Below, piece after piece: positions 61,296-64,000 of a DNA stretch of 64,000 bases. The DNA lies in NCBI GenBank assembly GCA_951804945.1, contig OX638157.1:17546001-17610000 (forward strand), written 5' to 3'. The DNA is from Podarcis cretensis. Lineage: Eukaryota. Each line of letters starts with the position of its first letter. Position 1 is the stretch's first letter. The position numbers and the translations under genes were made by a program. The notes beneath the pieces were generated by a model. It was not told the origin of the DNA, searched no databases, and was given only the letters and a program-made list of their open reading frames with translations.

Positions 61296-62320
61296 AGGCT
61301 GCAGATTTTGGAGGGTCCTTGAGCAAGAACTCTCCACTGGCCTCCTTTCTTCAGTAAGCCTTCCTCTTCACTGTAGCATGTCCAGGGAGCTCTTATCCAT
61401 GGTCCTCTTGCTGAGCTGGGGACCCTCAAGAAGTGGCTGACCATGGCTGACCCTTAATGCTAGTTCTGTGCATCACTTGAAGCTATCACATCTGCAATGA
61501 ATGAGACACAGAGCTAGCTGTCTGTTCATCGTACATTTAAGTGGGGTAATGCATATTGACTGGTAAGAAATCCAGGTCTAATCTTGAAAATTTATTACAA
61601 ATTTTGCTTTTAATTGCTACCCAAAAGTAGCTCTTTGTGAGATCTCTACCCCCTCCCCCCATTATAATCCAGGTGTTTGCAAGCATTACTTCAAAGCAAG
61701 GGGACTTTAAAGAGAGCTGTTCAATGTGCCATTACATGTGGATCAGCTCACAGAATGAGACAGCGGAAATGGTTGCAATATTATTTTAAGTTAAAAAAAA
61801 AAAAAGTAGGGTTGAGCAGTAGCTAATCAGGGTAATGGGTGACTGCAAATGGTTATGAAAGAAGCTGCAAAATAGTAGAAGGCAAGTTTTTTGTGTGGAC
61901 CTTTTTGCATCTTTGAAATGGTAGCTTTTGCATTTAAAAATCGAACATCACAAAAATTTGATGCACAACTATAGAGAACACCCTGCAAGACAGGTTGCCT
62001 GTAATGTCAGCATTGTTGACACTTCAGACAAGAACATTCCTATTATTGTCATTCATGCTGCTTCCTCTGCTCTTTAAACTTTCTGAATCCCTAGCTGTTC
62101 ATTCATCATTTTGTCAGCTGCTTGCTCCAGAATGTGCCCTCTGACCCTTTGTGGGCGGGCGGGCACATCTCCTCTGGACTAACTTGGGCTACACTCCGTA
62201 ACAGCACTGCAAGGACAATGATGGTGATGTTTTGGCAGAAAGTTTAATGATTTGACATTATAGACAGCCTGTCTTTCGTAGTGTTCTATGAAGGGTTGCA
62301 CCACATTTTAGTGTTGCTTG

Positions 62321-62322
<2 letters not shown>

Positions 62323-62365
<43 letters not shown>
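62323..62365. repeat. (TTTC)n microsatellite
   Basis: Directly visible. Confidence 0.95.
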
Positions 62366-62529
62366 AATGTGGAGGTGACCATTTGAAAGGATATTTTGGC
62401 AGAAAGCTTTGCCTGTCATTCTGTTCTAAAATAAATTCACAATTCTTATGGATTTTCAGATATCTGTTACATTTGTGAACAGCAGTTTGTATTTGCGTAT
62501 TTTTAAAATAAAGGTAAAGTGGGAAGTTT

Positions 62530-63205
62530 TGGGGAAGTATAATAGCTTAGTGGTGGAGCACATGCTTTGCATATATGATGTTTGATTTTCATTTTAAACC
62601 TGGGGTGTGTAACCTCTGACCCTCTAGCAGTGTTAGAAACTGAGATATGAAAGCTAGGTGACCTTAAATTTAGCTTATGGGCGCAACAACAGAATGTCTA
62701 GGGACACATTTCTATAACAAGAATACAAAGCTGAAAATGAATGAGCTGCCCCTAAAATATTATGTTCATTTTTCACATGGTCTAGTCCTTCCCCTGTCCA
62801 TATGCTTAAGACAGTCTCTTCTCCAGTCTTCAGAGAGTAGCTGGAAGTGGGGAGGCAAAAAAACACCTTCCTCTCCTTCCACTCTGCAGTTTTAGTCTGA
62901 AATCTTAAGCGCTGTACTGCGACCAGAGGTCAGAAACTGCTCACGCTAGTGAAATTCCCTGTCGCAAAATGTGCCTAGAACAATGGGAGTTTCGAACACA
63001 CTCTAGATGCTGCTAGACTACAACTCCCATTATCCCTGGCTATTAACCATGTTGAATAGGACTGATGGGAGGGCTACAGATTTTCCATCACTGTTTAATT
63101 ATTTTAGGTTGCAGGGCAGGGAAAGACCTGGGCTTGAGTCAGGGTGGACAGCATTGCGCTAGATGGACCAACAACCTTTACTGGATACATACAGTTACCT
63201 ATGTT
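62530..63205 (+). mobile_element. Squam3-like SINE containing nested hAT elements
   Basis: Head tagcttagtggtggagcacatgctttgcat at 62543, tail gctagatggacc..cctatgttc at 63158-63205. URR1-like MITE at about 62600-63093. Confidence 0.55.
62628..62998. mobile_element. Non-autonomous hAT element
   Basis: CAGTGTTAGAAACT / AGTTTCGAACA termini. 8-bp flanks CCCTCTAG / CACTCTAG. Confidence 0.65.
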
Positions 63206-64000
63206 CAACACCTCAGCTGCACTGTAGGAAAATAGGAAATGCATATATTCCATTTTTGATACTGTATCAGTGTTAGGAGAGTTTACTTTATAAAAAGGTT
63301 ATACAGAACTTGTGCTTCTCCATATAACATTTATTTCCATCTTCCCTCTCCCAAAGCTAGACAAAACAACTAAACAGTGTCTTTTAAAAAATCAGTTTAT
63401 CTGAATTTGATTTTGGTCTGTCTCTTGGTCCCTTCCAGCTCCACAATTATATGATTCTATGTTTCTTTGGAGTAACACACAGTCCTAGGTTCTGTCATCC
63501 CCCTCCCAAAAAAAAAAAGCCTTACTGAGATATTCTCAAGCAGACCTTCCTCATTTTTTCAGGTCTTACAAACTCAAAGGCTACCTTTTTAGTCTTTGTT
63601 ACATTTGTGCCTGTCTGAGGTCCTTTGTGTGATATTTATTATTTTTCCACAGGTGCCCTGTAAATATTGCTTCCTCCAAAGTATATCTGGGTGGCAATTA
63701 ATAGTTATACTACTGGAGTCAGTTTGAAGGAAGGAAAATTTGACAAGTAACAATATAGGCAGTGAAACCTTCTGTTGGATTTTATTAACAGTGTCAAAAC
63801 CCCATGTTTTGCTAGTTGTTTTATTTAGCAGAATATTGCATACATTATGCAAATTCAGATGCTTATTGATAGGACTGCATGTTTCCTGCATGCTTTGTTA
63901 AATAATAATCAAAGACTAATATAAATTATGAAGTTGTTCCATTGGGGGAGACAGAAGCGCTAGGTTTCAATCTTTTGAAAAGGAATTGACAAGTTAGCTG

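Noticed and set aside
1-64000. Short ORFs in the six-frame track as host genes
   Set aside because: No recognisable domains. Many start at non-ATG codons, cross microsatellites or are shadows of TE ORFs, and no convincing acceptor-exon-donor chain was found.

Overview
Vertebrate non-coding DNA (intron or intergenic), AT-rich and dense in transposons. Sauria SINEs, Squam3-like SINEs, BovB, CR1, L2, L1 and Penelope elements indicate a squamate, most likely a lacertid lizard (inference). No host protein-coding exon, tRNA, rRNA or CRISPR array can be supported. Every ORF I can recognise is transposon-derived. Main elements: (1) a full-length BovB LINE with an uninterrupted APE-RT frame, an 11-bp TSD and a pseudoknot-like 5' leader; (2) two fold-back Penelope insertions carrying minimal hammerhead ribozyme motifs; (3) a 1.15-kb non-autonomous poly(A) retroelement with a 17-bp TSD that begins with a near-consensus CTCF motif followed by a YY1-like motif; (4) two Ngaro/DIRS-like pieces, one with a decayed SGNH-hydrolase ORF and one inserted into the first bases of a solo LTR; (5) young 5'-truncated CR1 and L1 copies; (6) many hAT, Tc1/mariner and Harbinger-like MITEs, often nested. 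Family names come from recognition by eye and need Dfam/Repbase confirmation.
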